The notes under the pieces: generated by a model
Database searches by the model: none
Told to the model about the DNA's origin: nothing
Seen by the model: the letters and a program-made list of their open reading frames with translations, nothing else
Made by a program: the position numbers and the translations under genes
In this document: positions 11,501-24,951 of the stretch, in pieces
Position numbering within the stretch: position 1 is the stretch's first letter
How the letters are laid out: each line of letters starts with the position of its first letter
Assembly (NCBI GenBank): GCA_030704615.1
Contig: CM060732.1
Span: 7,006,001-7,070,000 of the forward strand
DNA length: 64,000 nucleotides
DNA from: Takakia lepidozioides
Lineage: Eukaryota > Plantae > Bryophyta
Reading direction: 5' to 3'

Positions 11501-14500
11501 CAAAAGAACAGATCAAGCTGCAAATGTTGCTGAAGACACAGTACCTCATACAGGTAAGCTGCTAGCAGCATCCTCATAACTGAAGGCCTGTGCCAAGGAA
11601 GAAACAGAGAAGGACAAGGGGGAGAAAAGAGAGACGGAATAACTATTACATAAATGGAGCGTGCGGGACAGAGTAGAACCAAGAGAGGGACAGAGGGAAA
11701 CTAAAATAGCCCACAGGGGGTCTGATGGTCCATGGGATGAAAACAAGAAACCACTTCAAACACACCAAACTCTGAGAGAGAGAATGTACTCATAAGACGT
11801 TGTTTGCCGTAGCCTTGTGGCCATTGACCCCGAGTCCAGTTTGAACGGACATAAAGGGACAGAACCTACCTCAGTCAGGGGCTGACGTCGGTAGTAAGAC
11901 TTACCTTCATAAAGGACATTGATTCGGGTTTTCCAGATATCCTCTAGAAATCCTTTCACACAAGCATCAATCTGCTGTGTGTGGTTTGTCCAGTAACTAG
12001 GCCTCAGAAGGGCCTGGGCTTTTGGCTCAGCCTCGAGACTTTCAAAGTTGGTAACATAGGTACAGGCACAATTCTCTTGATAGATTGGAGGAGAGCTTCT
12101 CTCTGGTGAGAGTACCCCGGACAGTGAATCAGAAAATGAATATTGTCTTCGGGTTGCCCACATAACGGGCAATTGCACTCTCCCTTTCCTCTCTGCTTCT
12201 GTTTACTGTTCAAAGGTAGGCTTCCTGCCCTGAGTTTAAATTTCAGTCTGGTGCTGAGAGTGGGTAGATGCTTGAGGTCATCCATGATATCCTCCCCCAT
12301 GTCACAGACTGGAAACAGGTTCAGGGAAGTTTTCTGCCTAACTCTGAGATTGTACTCATAAGACGTTGTTTGCCGTAGCCTTGTGGCCATTGACCCCGCG
12401 CCCAGTTTGAGCGGGAACAAAAGGGACAGAACCTACCTCTGTCAGGGGCTGACGTTGGTAGTAAGACTTACCTCCATATAAAGAATTAATCCGGGTTTCC
12501 AGATATCCTCTAGAAATCCCTTCACACAAGCATCAATCTGCTGTGTGTGATTTGCCCAAAAACTAGGCCTCAGGAGGGCCTGGGCTTTTGGCTCAGCCTC
12601 GAGACTTTCAAAGTTGGTAAACAGGGGTACAGGCACAATTCCCTTGATAGAATTGAAGAGAGCGTCTCTTTGGTGAGAGAACCCCGGACAGTGTATCAGA
12701 AAATGAATACTGTCTTCAGATTGCCCACACAACGGGCAATTGCACTCTCCCTTTCCTCTCTGCTTCTGTTTGCTGTTCAAAGGTAGGCTTCCTGCCCTGA
12801 GTTTAAATTTCAGTCTAGTGCCGAGAGTGGGTAGACCCTTGAGGTCATCCAAGATGTCCTCCCCATGTCACAGACTGGAAACAAGTTCAGGGAAGTTTTC
12901 TGCCTAACTTCATTTTCATCAGACAATCATGGCAACAGACATGGCTTCGGACACTACAGCCTCTAAGTCAGATTTATCCAGCAGGGTCAAGACTTGCGGA
13001 TCCAGGTCCAGGTCCTTGAGGATCTCTTCTACTCTCTTCTGCCAGGACTTAGCCTGTTTGACAGGGCAGTCCTGTTTCCAAGATATAGAGTCAATTAACT
13101 TAGGATATCTGGTGTTGGGCATATGTTGCAGCTGACCCCACCATCTGACCTTGAATTCATCTCATCGGGAGCTTAAGGACGGAACGCCAAACTCACCCCG
13201 AACAGCCACTTTGGCTGTTTTGGAGCATGCTGACATACACTCCTTAAGCACCCCCACTTGAATGGATTCTAGAGACTTAGCCTGGTTGGAGTTATCAACC
13301 CATATAGCAGATCCGTACTCCAAGGCAGGTCTAATAACGCGACAAAGCATGGTTTTCTTAACCTCAGAGTTGACCCCTCTGCAGTGGAAAAATTTAGTGA
13401 GCCCCAGAGCTTTGCCCTTGCCAGTTTGAACAACTTTCCGGATATGTGCATCCCAATTACAATTGGAGGAGAACTCAATGCCCAGGTAAGTGTAGGAAGG
13501 GAGGACCAGGATCTCTTGGCTACCCCACTGCCACTTAAGATCACTTCCTCCCTCTCCTCTGTCGTTGAATGCTACCACTGCACATTTGCTGACATTAGCC
13601 TCTAGCCCCCAAAGATCAAAGTATCTCTTCGCGCAATCAATCAACTCCTGGAGATTGGTTGGAGTCTCCCCTATGCCTGCGAAGTCATCCGCAAACATAA
13701 GGGCTGGTATGGTGGTATCACCCACCCTTAACCCAAATCCCTCACTTTCCACATCCTCGAGGAGTTGATTGATGAAAACATTGAAGAGCAGAGGGGAGAG
13801 AGTACATCCTTGAGCTAAACCTTGGTCTATGTCAAAGAAGTTGGACTTCTGTCCGTTAACAGTGACACAGCTTTTGGTGTGAGCATACAAGTTGTGGACA
13901 ACTCTCCACATCTTTCCCTTGATCCCACAAGACCAGAGGCGGAACCATAGGCCATCTCTCCACACTGTGTCATAAGCCTTTTTGACATCCAGGAAAAAGA
14001 CATCTCTCTCAGGAGGGAGAGAGAGAGAGAGAGAGACAGGGACTTGAAGGGACAATGCCTTCACTTTGCCAAAACACTCAAGGTAAAGACCCTGCACCAT
14101 TAATCTGAACAGAACCACTCACCTCCTTTAGCTCTGCTTCAAGCTCTCGTCTTTTCTTCTCAAGCACTCGAATTTCTGCAGCAAGTGCCTGCAAAAGCCA
14201 GCCAAGGTAGATGCATCTGCATCAGATGTAGGTAAATATGATCAAGCCTCAAAAAAGTAGAAAAAGAGATTCAACCGAAAACCGGGAGCTACAACACAGA
14301 GGAACACACACACACATACAACAATGGAACTAACTGGATAGAGAAGGAAGGATCCAGAAGTGAAAAACACACATAGTAATGTGACATGGACTGAAAAGAA
14401 AAGCTAGGACGATTTGGCTTCAGGAAGGAAACAAGCATTTAACTCATGGTCTACCTTCTCAGATTCCGTCACTTCATGGGCTTTGGTGAATCGATAATTC

Positions 14501-17500
14501 ATAGCCTCCTGCTTTTGCTGCCTGCACCACATCATCCATGCAACCTGCTAAGCTCCCTTGTGGGATAAGAACCTCTACAAGAACAAACCTGACAAGCAGA
14601 AATGTGTGCCAAGCATGCATGTACCTCTTTTCCACAATCTGTTGTTGCATCTCTGCAACTGCCATGTTTAGTGTGGCTGTCAGTCCCTTCAACTTTTCCA
14701 CCTGCAAAAACAAGTGAAGAAATACATCACGATGAGAGGGGTTAATGAAAACAGAAGATTACAGGGAGACACAAACAAGAGACTGGGAGGTCAATGAAAG
14801 TAAATGAAGGGATCAAACTTACCTTCTCAGCACGGCCCTCAGGAGTGTCACCTGCATGTGACAGCTCCGTTTTTCTCTGCAAGCAGTTGTGTAAATGTGC
14901 CCCTAGCTGTAGAGTCTCCTCCAGCTGCAATAACATAAGGATATCACTCATGGCTACCTTGATGAATAGACCCAACACACTCCCACCTCAAAACACCCAT
15001 AACTTGGTGGAGAGCTTCAAATGGAAAGCAAGCAATAAACAAAGATTGCAAAAGAAGCAGTTCCCTGCACTGACAAAAGTCAATCTTTGGGAGACACAAA
15101 ATATGGAAGGTATCTAGCAACAGGCAAATACTTCTGGCTCAGCTATTGCAAATGACATCCCTGTCGAGCCAAAACAGAGCAGCTTCACATACAACAGACA
15201 TTCCAATCTTCTGGCCTTGCAGAAGATAATTCGCCATATTCTCACCTCAGTCAAACAAGATGAGACCCCTCCTGCTGAACCACCCTCAGCATTCTTAAGT
15301 GTGTCAACCACTCCCTGCTTCTCCACTATCTGTTGCTGAAAGTTGCCAATTTCTACGTCTAACCTACACATTCAACCATACCAGCGGACCATCACCATGT
15401 TTCTTCATATGACAGTAGATCTAGGGCACAAATGCACAGGTCAAGGGACTGCTTCCATCCACCTATCCCAAGCATGAAGAACGACCAGCAGTGTAGCACA
15501 TGTAGTTAGCAAGAATAATCAGATTCTGAGCATAATTCTTCTTTCTGGGAAATTTAGAGCACTCCTGCTCCTACCCACTGCTTTTCTCTTTTCTACTCTC
15601 TCAGAGGAAGGTTTGTGAGAGTTGGAAGACACTGCGGCATTCCTTAGTTCTGTGCCAAGTACAGCCCTGGGAACCCAGTGAGTTTGGCAACAGAGGCTAA
15701 CCTCAATGTCAAGTAAAAAGCAGAAGTAGCAGTGTCCCTCTCCAAAAGTGAACTGAATTTCCCGTGGGCTGTGGTAGCATTCCTAGTAATATACCACAAG
15801 TCACATACATGCAAGTGACCGGGAATAGTCAAGCTTAATATGCAAATGGGTCTGTTAATGCTGTCCGTGACAGAGCTTTGCCAGTCCATCTCAGAAGAGT
15901 ACCAGCCTCAACTCACTATCTCCAGTGGGGACTAAGGCTGGAAGGCTACCACTTGAGTTAATGGCCATTCAGTAGTCCATTCTCATCATACCACACTAAC
16001 TCCATGGTTCATTCATTCTTTCATTGTAGAGACATACCTTTCTACTTGCGAACTAAGCTTGAGGCCAGTAACAGCATCCCGAGCCATTTGCAACAAATCG
16101 TCCCGTTTTATCTGCCACCCACAACCAGGCCATCACACAGCCAATGAGTCTTGCTCTGCAAGAATGTGGGTAAAACACATACTCTTGAAACCGCAAAAAC
16201 TCCAATATAAAGCTCTGCTCTATCTCCCAATGTAAACAAAATGGTCACAAAGACCCACAATGACAAGTGCATATCCTCCCACTGGTATTTCAAATGAGAG
16301 AGATGAACCAGCACACACAGTAACTCATCCCTCCCACAGAAGGTTGCATACGATAGCTCTCCTTGTTCATTTCCCACCCAAAATCACACAATACAGCTCT
16401 TACAGGGTAAAATGTGGCAAAATATTCCCAGTAACACAGTCACAAGACTCAACACAAAGAAAAGGAAGGTAAATAACGACGAACAGGCAGAAATGGGGAA
16501 GGTAGCTGGACAGACCATCACTTCCTCCAAATAGCTAGAGAAAGCTTTGGAGAGGTCTTGAATGCTACTGATAATGGCATTGTGGAGCTCCTGTCCTCCT
16601 GCCAAACACAATCTACGACATAACCCAAATAACCCATCAGTCTCTGTCACCACAAATATAGGAAGTGTATTGCCCAGGTCAAAATGATCTCTGGCAGAAT
16701 CGACTTGTAGTCCAGTTTATGGCCACTCACAAGTCAATGGCAAGAGATGATATCCATGCAAATAACAATGATCTCCCCGGACTGGAATGCTGGCCCTTGA
16801 AATAGCAGGAAAGGTTCATGCGTTTCAAGTAGGTTTCAAAGAGAAAATTATTGCAGTGTGTGCTTAGACAAAAAGAACCAACACAAGAAGCTGCAGAACC
16901 TGGGCTTGGTCAGAGTGAAGATAGTAGGATCAGTTGCTCACCCAAACATTTCCAGCAACATGGACACCTCCTCCTCCTCTGGAGCTTCCAAAATCTGAAT
17001 CATCCATCATACATAGCTCAGCTCCGTCTTCTGCCATAAGCCTCTCTTCTGTAAACTGAGGTAAATGGTACACCCAGCCATCCTGATGTTGGTTGAACCA
17101 CTTGCACGCATGGATAATCTCTAGGAATCCAGAAGGATGTAGAGGTGTTCAGTGCAGCTGGATCTATTGTGCAGCTTTATGATTTTTCCATGGACAAGGC
17201 TGCTCCCCTTGCAATACTCTTTCCTTTGACGGTAAGATTATAATATTTTATCTGAGTAAACTTGTCGCTACCTACTGGGGGGCACAGATGCCCGCTGGAA
17301 ATTTGAAGTATTTGCAGGAAACGTGGGTATGGGTATATGCACATGAAGGCATCGGATTATATACCAAATAATTAGATTTGGTAACACTACATTCATGGCG
17401 GAGATTAGGTGGACCTAACAAACCTTAGGGAACCTTCATAGCATAAATATTACATAACCCCTACAGCAATACTTCCAAGCCAATGACAGCCCCATGAAGT

Positions 17501-19454
17501 ACAAAGTTGGGTGGATTCTGACTGAGGCTGAAATTGTGGAATGACAAAAGCCCAACAAAAGAAATTATCATCACTGCTTCAATACAACAACAACTTCTGT
17601 CTTATGCACCATTTGAGAGTGACTTCTACACTCATGCCCCACAGTATACAGTTCTCCTTATCCCCCCTTTCCTACTTAGTCTGCCAAGAGGAGCATGAAA
17701 TCAAGTGATATCTACACACATTTACCAGCAATTCTCGGATGAGAAAATTTTCCCTTTTTTTAATTGGCTACAAATGATCACTATATTTAATACTTTTGGG
17801 TTTTCAGCACTGTTATTGAATGCAATGGAGTTATTTTCAATAGCAAACTTTACCACCAAGGCGACTATGTTGACAGTAAAATTTGTGCAAAGGGTGAATG
17901 CCTGCCTGCACCAAAAACAACCTGACAGGATGATTCAAATTCACTCCTCCACCTCAACAAGTGCAAGAGAGAAGCCTGCATACCAGAGAGGTGACAATAT
18001 TCTCCAGAGCGTGGCTGCGCAGGAATACATCCCGAAAGTTCAATGGTTCCCCCCCCACCATATCTGGATCAGAAAAGTATACCTGCCATGGGTAACATGT
18101 CTGAAGCTGAGATGGACAGAAATACCCTAAAGATCAACACGCCGATAGCTCCAGCGCTCTATTACTCTGTATGTCTAACCTCAAGACAATGAAAAGACGA
18201 AGAGGAGAGACGGACTGGGATCCAACTAGCTGTTACAAGTTACAGAAGGTAAATAAGAGGCATTAGCTTGACACACTTTCATTAGCCACACAAAAAGACA
18301 TGGAGCGCCCTACTGTCGACTACCAAGGCATTATTTTGGAAGGTAGCTAGCTTCCACTAGCATCTCAGGCATGAACAACAAGTCTTCCAGAATGCATGCT
18401 CACCGACTGCTCCTCCCAGTCCAAGGCTCTCACCACAGCACAGAAGACAACTAACTGCTACATTCATCAATTGCAGTTTGCACACACCATGACAAGAAGT
18501 AAGCAAAGGACGAATAAGCAGGGAAAAGGTGTGGATACCGTAGATGCTGGCTGTGGCGACACACTCTCTTCTTCATGTGGAGCTGTGGGAGATTCTCCGC
18601 GACCACTGGGGAAGTCACCTTTGCTGCCTTGAATGTCCTGGAGGGCAGCCAGCCAGCGAGCCAGTGCCTGGACTCGTTCGTGGCCCCGAGCATTGAGAGC
18701 TACCTCGTCAAGCCTTTTGACAGCATTCTTGAAGCTGTTGAAGTGTCGACCAGACTGCAGCAAAAATCAGCACCAATAAACATCAGACGAATAGTCACGC
18801 ACCCAACTCCCACATGCCACTCCCTGGGCCTTCCATGACATGCATGCGAAATCTAGCTGTCTCAAAGTCAGGATGTGCATGGACATATATTAACCAGTTT
18901 TGTGAGGCCGAAAAGTCTTTGATCCTACATGAAAGCAAAGTTGGGTGGTATGCGACCCTTCTTTTGCAGTAAAGCATAAGTCACCCAGAAATCCTACCAT
19001 CCACAATGTAAAGTAGCTGGGGGAGGCCTCCTTATGGCTGAATCAGGCTGTTATGGTCCAAATCGCTTATATTTGCCATGTAAGAAGTCAGAACCCTAAA
19101 ACAGAATAGAGGGAGGAGAGACAGGGCGCACAAACGAGAGGGCTTTCCGAAAGTATTGTGAGGTATGCGCCAGCATTGACAAGGAGAACGATGCCCAGAT
19201 CTTTTCAGAAAACTTCCCTTTGCCACTACAGGATTTTTTTTAATTCATTCACTCAGATTTCAAAACACAAAACCGAGTGAGAGAGAGAGAGAGAGAGAGA
19301 GAACCAGGCGATCCTGAACGATTTTAGCGCTTCCAGCAGCTTGCTGGTACACTGTGCCTGCATAAGTGCGCACGGTGCGTGTCAAATTATTCGTCAAATT
19401 GTTCTTTGCCCCAGCCTCTGCTGCCTTGCTTAACGCTGTCCTCAGCCACGACAT
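8538..19454 (-). CDS. Conserved plant coiled-coil protein of unknown function (MSWLR...GWEFDE family; from recall similar to Arabidopsis AT2G37370/AT5G13560), 18 exons
   Basis: Phase-consistent GT-AG exons: 19454-19305, 18754-18539, 18082-17984, 16994-16942, 16612-16516, 16111-16038, 15363-15246, 14924-14823, 14701-14625, 14521-14455, 14188-14123, 10843-10736, 10547-10417, 10085-10019, 9822-9752, 9460-9364, 9158-9085, 8976-8538. Motifs MSWLRTALSKAAEAG, EPLNFRDVFLRSHALE, LCLAGGQELHNAIISSIQDLSKAFSSY, WLSFLEDTWLLQ, EGWEFDELDE. Confidence 0.88.
10904..11138 (-). mobile_element. 5'-truncated RTEX-like LINE, copy C
   Basis: Nearly identical to about 62930-63164; 15-bp TSD GCAATCAGAAATAGA at 10889-10903 and 11139-11153. 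Confidence 0.9.
11225..11287 (-). mobile_element. Very short, older 3'-terminal fragment of the same LINE family, copy D
   Basis: TAAGACGTTCGTTGCCGTAGCCTTGTGGCCATAGACCCCATGCCCGGTTTG matches the family 3' end. Confidence 0.8.
11784..12339 (-). mobile_element. 5'-truncated RTEX-like LINE, copy B (more diverged)
   Basis: Encodes LKFKLRAGSLPLN...CPLCGQPEDNIHFLIHCP; flanked by AACTCTGAGA at 11768-11777 and 12340-12349. Confidence 0.88.
12350..14000 (-). mobile_element. 5'-truncated RTEX-like non-LTR retrotransposon, copy A (partial RT and C-terminal CCHC finger), in intron 11
   Basis: RT motifs FLDVKKAYDTVWRDGL, GLAQGCTLSPLLF, LMFADDF, YTYLG; finger CPLCGQSEDSIHFLIHCP; premature TGA at 13162-13164 where copy F has CGA; small indels. 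Confidence 0.92.
19278..19302. repeat. (GA)n microsatellite just inside intron 1; a second lies at about 14017-14036
   Basis: Direct reading. Confidence 0.9.
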
Positions 19455-22400
19455 GTCTGCCTCCTTCTTGCAATGCTGCTTCCCACGTCTTTCCAACTCG
19501 GTCCTCCTCACACTCTCAAAAGATTAACTCTGGACAACTACAGTTGAACCCACAACATCAAACGTGCAGCCGTACCCCCCCCACGCCCACTCTTCCTGCT
19601 TCCCAAAGCTGACCACTGCCAACCTGAGTCGTCACGCCAGCATAAATTCCCAGATCCATTTCCTGCATCTTTTCATGTCCCATCCCTGCCCTTTACCTCA
19701 CACATGCACACAAACACTACGGTGCCCTCTTTGACTGAAGCAGTTTTGGCCTTCGCTCTATACTCTATCGTGGATGTCCCGTGAAAGTCATCCGCTCTAC
19801 TCAGTAGATGGATCTATCGGATATTCATCCATCTGGAAGCTAGGCTAATCTCGGTCCTCCTACCCAGATCTCACCACGTGTCAAAGTAGAAATGAATTAC
19901 ACCTAGGGCTATGTGGATCCCTCGTACCCGTCGTCCCTGGATGAAATGTATACCTTCCCCTACAACTTCTGGATGACAAATCTGCCTGGAAGGGCTATGT
20001 CTGCCAACGTCCGGGGAGAACCGGCAGCCAGTTACATGCTAGCCGACTGAATTCCAAAATTTCCGAATGAAATATGAAACCTCAGGAAATGGATCCGAGG
20101 GAAAAAATGGCCGAAGTGGAAATCAACCGGGTGCCCTACTTTTAGGAAGGATATTTGCCTTTCCATTTCATTACAGACAGGAAATCTGCCTTAGTTGGCA
20201 AGGCCTGGACGGATTCCGGCCCTTCTTATATTACAAAAAATGGAAATGGCCGTCGAAGTCCACCACATGGCAGAAATCCAACGTGCCAGGCCGGGTTACA
20301 TCCAAGGAAGGGCGTTTAGGTGAAAAAATATTGAACTCAAAGAGGGCGGGCCGCGGGCAAACCCTACTAAGTCTGGACGTTGCTCTCGCAGCCCCAGCCC
20401 CACGCCTGCTTGCACTCGCTGCCTGCTATCACAGCTCACCTGTCCACGCGGGTTCAATTCTTGGCCTCCATGTGGTTTGAAGGCATTGACAGGTCCAACT
20501 TCTATAAGGATACAATGTTCTTCACTTGTTTGAATTGCTTAAAACTGGTTGTGATTATTTATTATTATTATTATTTACTTATTGTTGTGCATTTGACACT
20601 TGTGTTGTCAACCGGTTGATATTTATAAGGGCCGGATTTATAGCTGAACACAAAATAAATCATTAGGAATATTACCGGTTGTAAAGAAATTATCTCGGAA
20701 ATTGACCGGGTATAGTTACCACTAAGGGGCAGCAACCGAGTGCCCAACCCACTTAGCCGATTGCTGCTGGGAATGAGCGGCTACTGGCTGGTTCAACTGA
20801 AATTATTTCCCGGACGCTGATGTCTGCCTTCCTCTTCACCTTCTGGATGACAGATCTGCCTGCAAGGTTCAGCGATCCTGACTGTCCAAAACCGTCAGAT
20901 CGGATCCGTGCTCTGCTACAAAAAGTGCTCTTTAGAGTCAACGTGACCTCTGCATTCATCCATTCTGCGAGCTGACATCCAGTGGATCGGATTTGTCATC
21001 GAGTCAGGAACTTGGCAATGATTGTGCGTGGAAAGATGACCGAGTGCGTGTCCAGTCAACAGAATGGAAAACTGCATTATCATCTCCCGAGTTAGCCAGC
21101 ATCCATCCAATCTGCCAGCTGGAAGTTTGGCAATACTATACACACATTAGTATACATAAATGTAAGAGCATCCCCACCCTTGAGCCCGAAAGAGTCCTTG
21201 TAATGCCAAAATTACGTTATAGATTCAGGGCCTGTTGGGTTCTGTGGCTAGGCACCCGTGACTTGCACACACCCTTGCCCCTGACTTGCCCACGCTGTCC
21301 CCATTGGCAGGAAGGGGCCTGGTCGTTGCACGCACGCGCTAGACATGGGCATGGTCACGTTGACTTGGATTCAGGGGCATATTCGGGCCCTGAATACGGA
21401 AGTTCGGGTTCAGTACACGGAACGATATTCAGTGCCCGCTTTTCATGGGATATAGGATTCAGTGCAAGGCTGTGGACGTTTTCCCACCCACCACAGCTTG
21501 ATATTCGGTTGGCGTGTTGACTTCAGTGTAGGGTGGGGATGTTCTAGGGGCCGTACCACACTAGGGGCACACCAGCGGCACCGACGTGGACGTTGCAGGC
21601 TAAGGATTGTTGGATGATATAGGCCCATGTCACCAAGCGGCAATGCATCGGCTACCACACTACAACATAAGCCGAGAGGCAAAAAAATCGCAACTACCTT
21701 ACCTTTTCATTCTAAAAATAACCAATTCTAAACTAGGAAGACACAAAGAGAGACTATCGCACGACCGGGTAGGAGAGACCAGCTTCGCAATGGCGGAAGA
21801 ATCGCGTGTCATGAGGAAATGTCTTCCTAAAATTATGGATTTCCAGGGGCACTGCCTGGAAATCCGTATTTCACGGTAATGTGACATGTAGACGCCAGGT
21901 CGGAGCCTCTCCGCCGGCAGCCGCCGCTAGTGTGGTAGGCAGAGCGGCACACTGCCCTCCCTTAAAACAATAGGAGGGTCCGAAATTGAGTGTCGTTGGC
22001 CCTCTTGCCGCTAGTATGGTACGGCTCTAAGATATACAACAAGGGGCTAGACACGTATGGTTGCTCTTTGCGAATAGTGAAATCTATTTTCATCCATAAC
22101 AAGCGGCTATTCACAAAATGGCTCCACCCTAATTACAAAACTAAAAGGTTAGCGCTGGCGGTCCTAATTTTATTGAAATAAAAATTATAAATATTTCAAA
22201 CATAAAATCCAAACCGTCAACACTGATAGTTATCTCTGAAAATAAAATTTAACAAATAAATATGATTTTAAAAAAAAAATTGAGAACACGGAACAGTGGC
22301 CCTGGGATGTGAAATTTAGAATCAAAATATTTTGTGTTTTCACCTCAATGTAAAGTAATAATAATAAATTAAATGCAAGGAACATATTAATTAAATTAAA

Positions 22401-22691
22401 TTAAATGTGATGGAATTGGAAGAATAAATTTGAAGAGAACTGAATGTAATGGAATTCAATGTGATAAAACTACTTAATGTAATGGAAGTCATTCTGATAA
22501 AACTGGGAGAAAATGTATATATATATAAAAGAAAAGGTCAGGCCTGTAAATTAAGCGGCTAATCGCATATGGCTCCTCTTTGTGAATAGTAAAATCTACT
22601 TTCATCCATAATAAACTTGAGAAAATCATCAAATTCTTCATAAATTGTTCAATAAGACAGATCTTACTTAAGGGAGGTGCTACCTGGAGGC

Positions 22692-23380
22692 ACAGGAAGT
22701 AGTTTTCAGCAAATGAGATGAGGTGACACGTGGAAAAGGCACAACAGGGGCTTAGCGATTTTTGACACTGATGAGTAGTCTCCTCTTTAGATTAAAGAGG
22801 AACACAATAAAGGAAGGTGTCTTGAAAAAAGTGAATATAATAGAGCTGAAGGGATAAATCTGAAGGGAACTGAATATAATAAAATTATAGCACTCACCAA
22901 GTTATGAATGAATGGGTAACAATAGTGGGATGAGAATCTAGATGTATACTGAAAATGGTTATTTATTGGGGGAAGGTATAATCTTGATAGCTAAGTACTA
23001 ACTGGGGAAGGTACATCAGGAGAAAACATTCAATGCGTGGTCTCTCCTTAGGGAGGAGCCAATAAATCTGAAAATTCATCCATTTATTTTTCATAAGTTG
23101 TTCAATAAGAAAGATGTTATCTGAGGGAAGTATTACCTTGAGAAGCATAAAAAACGCATTGCCGAAGCAAGCGTAACTTATGGTGTCATTTGATTGAATA
23201 GGGCTACTGCCTTCCGGTGGGAAGGTGGACACCGTATTGAGAAGCATATCAGGAAGTAGTTTTCAGCAGAGGAGAAGAGGTAACACCCGGGGAACGCACA
23301 ACATGGGCTTAGTGATTTCTGACACCGATGCACAGTATCCTCTTATTCTAAAGAGGAGCCAACAAAAGCAGGGTGAAAGG
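22692..23380 (+). repeat. Diverged direct repeats (about 22692-22815 vs 23251-23378; also about 22047-22100 vs 22558-22612)
   Basis: AGGAAGTAGTTTTCAGCA...GGGCTTAG.GATTT.TGACAC.GATG...TAAAGAGGA present twice; CTCTTTG.GAATAGT.AAATCTA.TTTCATCCATAA present twice. Confidence 0.75.
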
Positions 23381-23782
23381 TGTAGTCAACATCAAGACAC
23401 ATTATGCTTGGAATGCCATTAGTCATGTTCTCTCCAGCCACATTCTATTTGAAATGTTAGCATACAATCCAAGTTTTGTTTGAAATGCTACCATCTTAGA
23501 CTTACTATATTGCATCGTGTGCGTACCATAACATGTTGGCAGATCTCCTACGTATAACAGGTTGGGCAGACATAACATACTGGGGGAATGAGAGTGAGAA
23601 TCTGCGGCAGGGCGGCCATTGTTTTATTGTTGTGCGATATAGGTTTTTTCACGCTGATACGGCGAGATGTTTGCGGGGATGTCTCCATGCCTGGCGTGTC
23701 CGATACCAAACATGGAAATTCATGATGATACTACAACAACTAGTATATTATTTGTAGCGGTCATAATTTGGAGGATTCCTTA

Positions 23783-24481
23783 AGGTCCGTGCACACCTAG
23801 TGCTACGCTCGTCGGTGGTAAGTCCTTAACATTGGATAAACATTAATTTACTTACCACCACCTCACCGTGCTTTCCAAATTAGCATGCATCTACATTTGT
23901 AGAGACAGGTGCCATCGAGAGACTGCTCTTCGAAGTGAATTCTTTGCTCTTCAATTTTTCAAAATGGATTTTTCGCTTGAGGAGTTCATCATGTACACGA
24001 CATTCATTGTACTTTTGTCGAAAATGTCCGTTCAATCTTTGGGGGCTACGCATGGCTTTCCACCTTTCACTCTTCCACGTTTCGATACAGAACCAATGCT
24101 TGCAAACATGCAACCTGTTCTTGTGACCTCTATCATTAGAAATCGGAGAATGTCATGCAATCTTGCCACAATATTGGGTGGAGACTGGGTTAAACCACGC
24201 ATCACAACCTGGTTCAGCCATTTTCTTGTCACCGAATATGACAGTGAATGTTGGATAGAACTTTCGTATGAACCGTGAAGGATTTCTTTGGGATTGTGTT
24301 AAGATACCACTAATGGTGTTAAGCGCAACGGTAACTTTGTCACCAGTGGCTTTGCCACCGGTGGTAAGTCGGGTGCCACGTCAGAAAAAATGATAGCTAA
24401 TTTTTTAGGTCTGAACGCGGGGTTAACTTACCACGCGGGGACGTGCTTAGCACCAACTTAGCACCAGGTGTGCACGGACCT
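23783..24481 (+). mobile_element. PIF/Harbinger non-autonomous deletion derivative (699 bp)
   Basis: TIR AGGTCCGTGCACACCT / AGGTGTGCACGGACCT; TTA TSD at 23780-23782 and 24482-24484; internal WVKPRITTWFSHFLVTEYDSECW resembles the N-terminus of plant Harbinger nucleases (recall). Confidence 0.88.
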
Positions 24482-24832
24482 TTAGATTACAAAACATGAC
24501 CATTCATGTGCAATATCATCGTACATCACTTCACGGTCCAACATCCGCAAAAACAATGATACTTAGTCATTCATCCAACACCATTTCTCAACTCCTCCTC
24601 AACATTCATTCATCCTACACTGCCCCAAGAGGACCAAACTCACATCCGCACGTGCAAATGGGCGGGCAGGGAGTAGTTGGCGGGGCAAGCGATCCTCAGC
24701 ACTATGTCCCAAGCGAAATGAGGATACTGCCGGGGTTGCACCTCTAGCCGGCCTGAGTGCCACGCAGCCTCAATGTGGGACCACCATGGAGGGTTGCCAC
24801 CTGTGTTGCGCCTCTTGCCATGTCACCTTAAT

Positions 24833-24951
24833 GTTTCGCCATACACTCTAATCATTAGTATATGGCAAAACCAGTAGGTTGTCATACACTGAGAATGGCA
24901 GTGTATGGCGACCTGCTGGTTTCGCCATACACTAACTATAGAAAGTATGGC
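24833..24951. repeat. Three consecutive hairpins built from GCCATACACT/AGTGTATGGC; probable terminus of the downstream MULE
   Basis: TTTCGCCATACACT..AGTATATGGCAAAA; GGTTGTCATACACTG..CAGTGTATGGCGACC; GCCATAC..GTATGGC. Confidence 0.7.

Noticed and set aside
17130-17400. Antisense exon-like pieces in intron 3 (DVEVFSAAGSIVQLYDFS...|GTAAG)
   Set aside because: Could not be joined into an open frame or assigned to a family.
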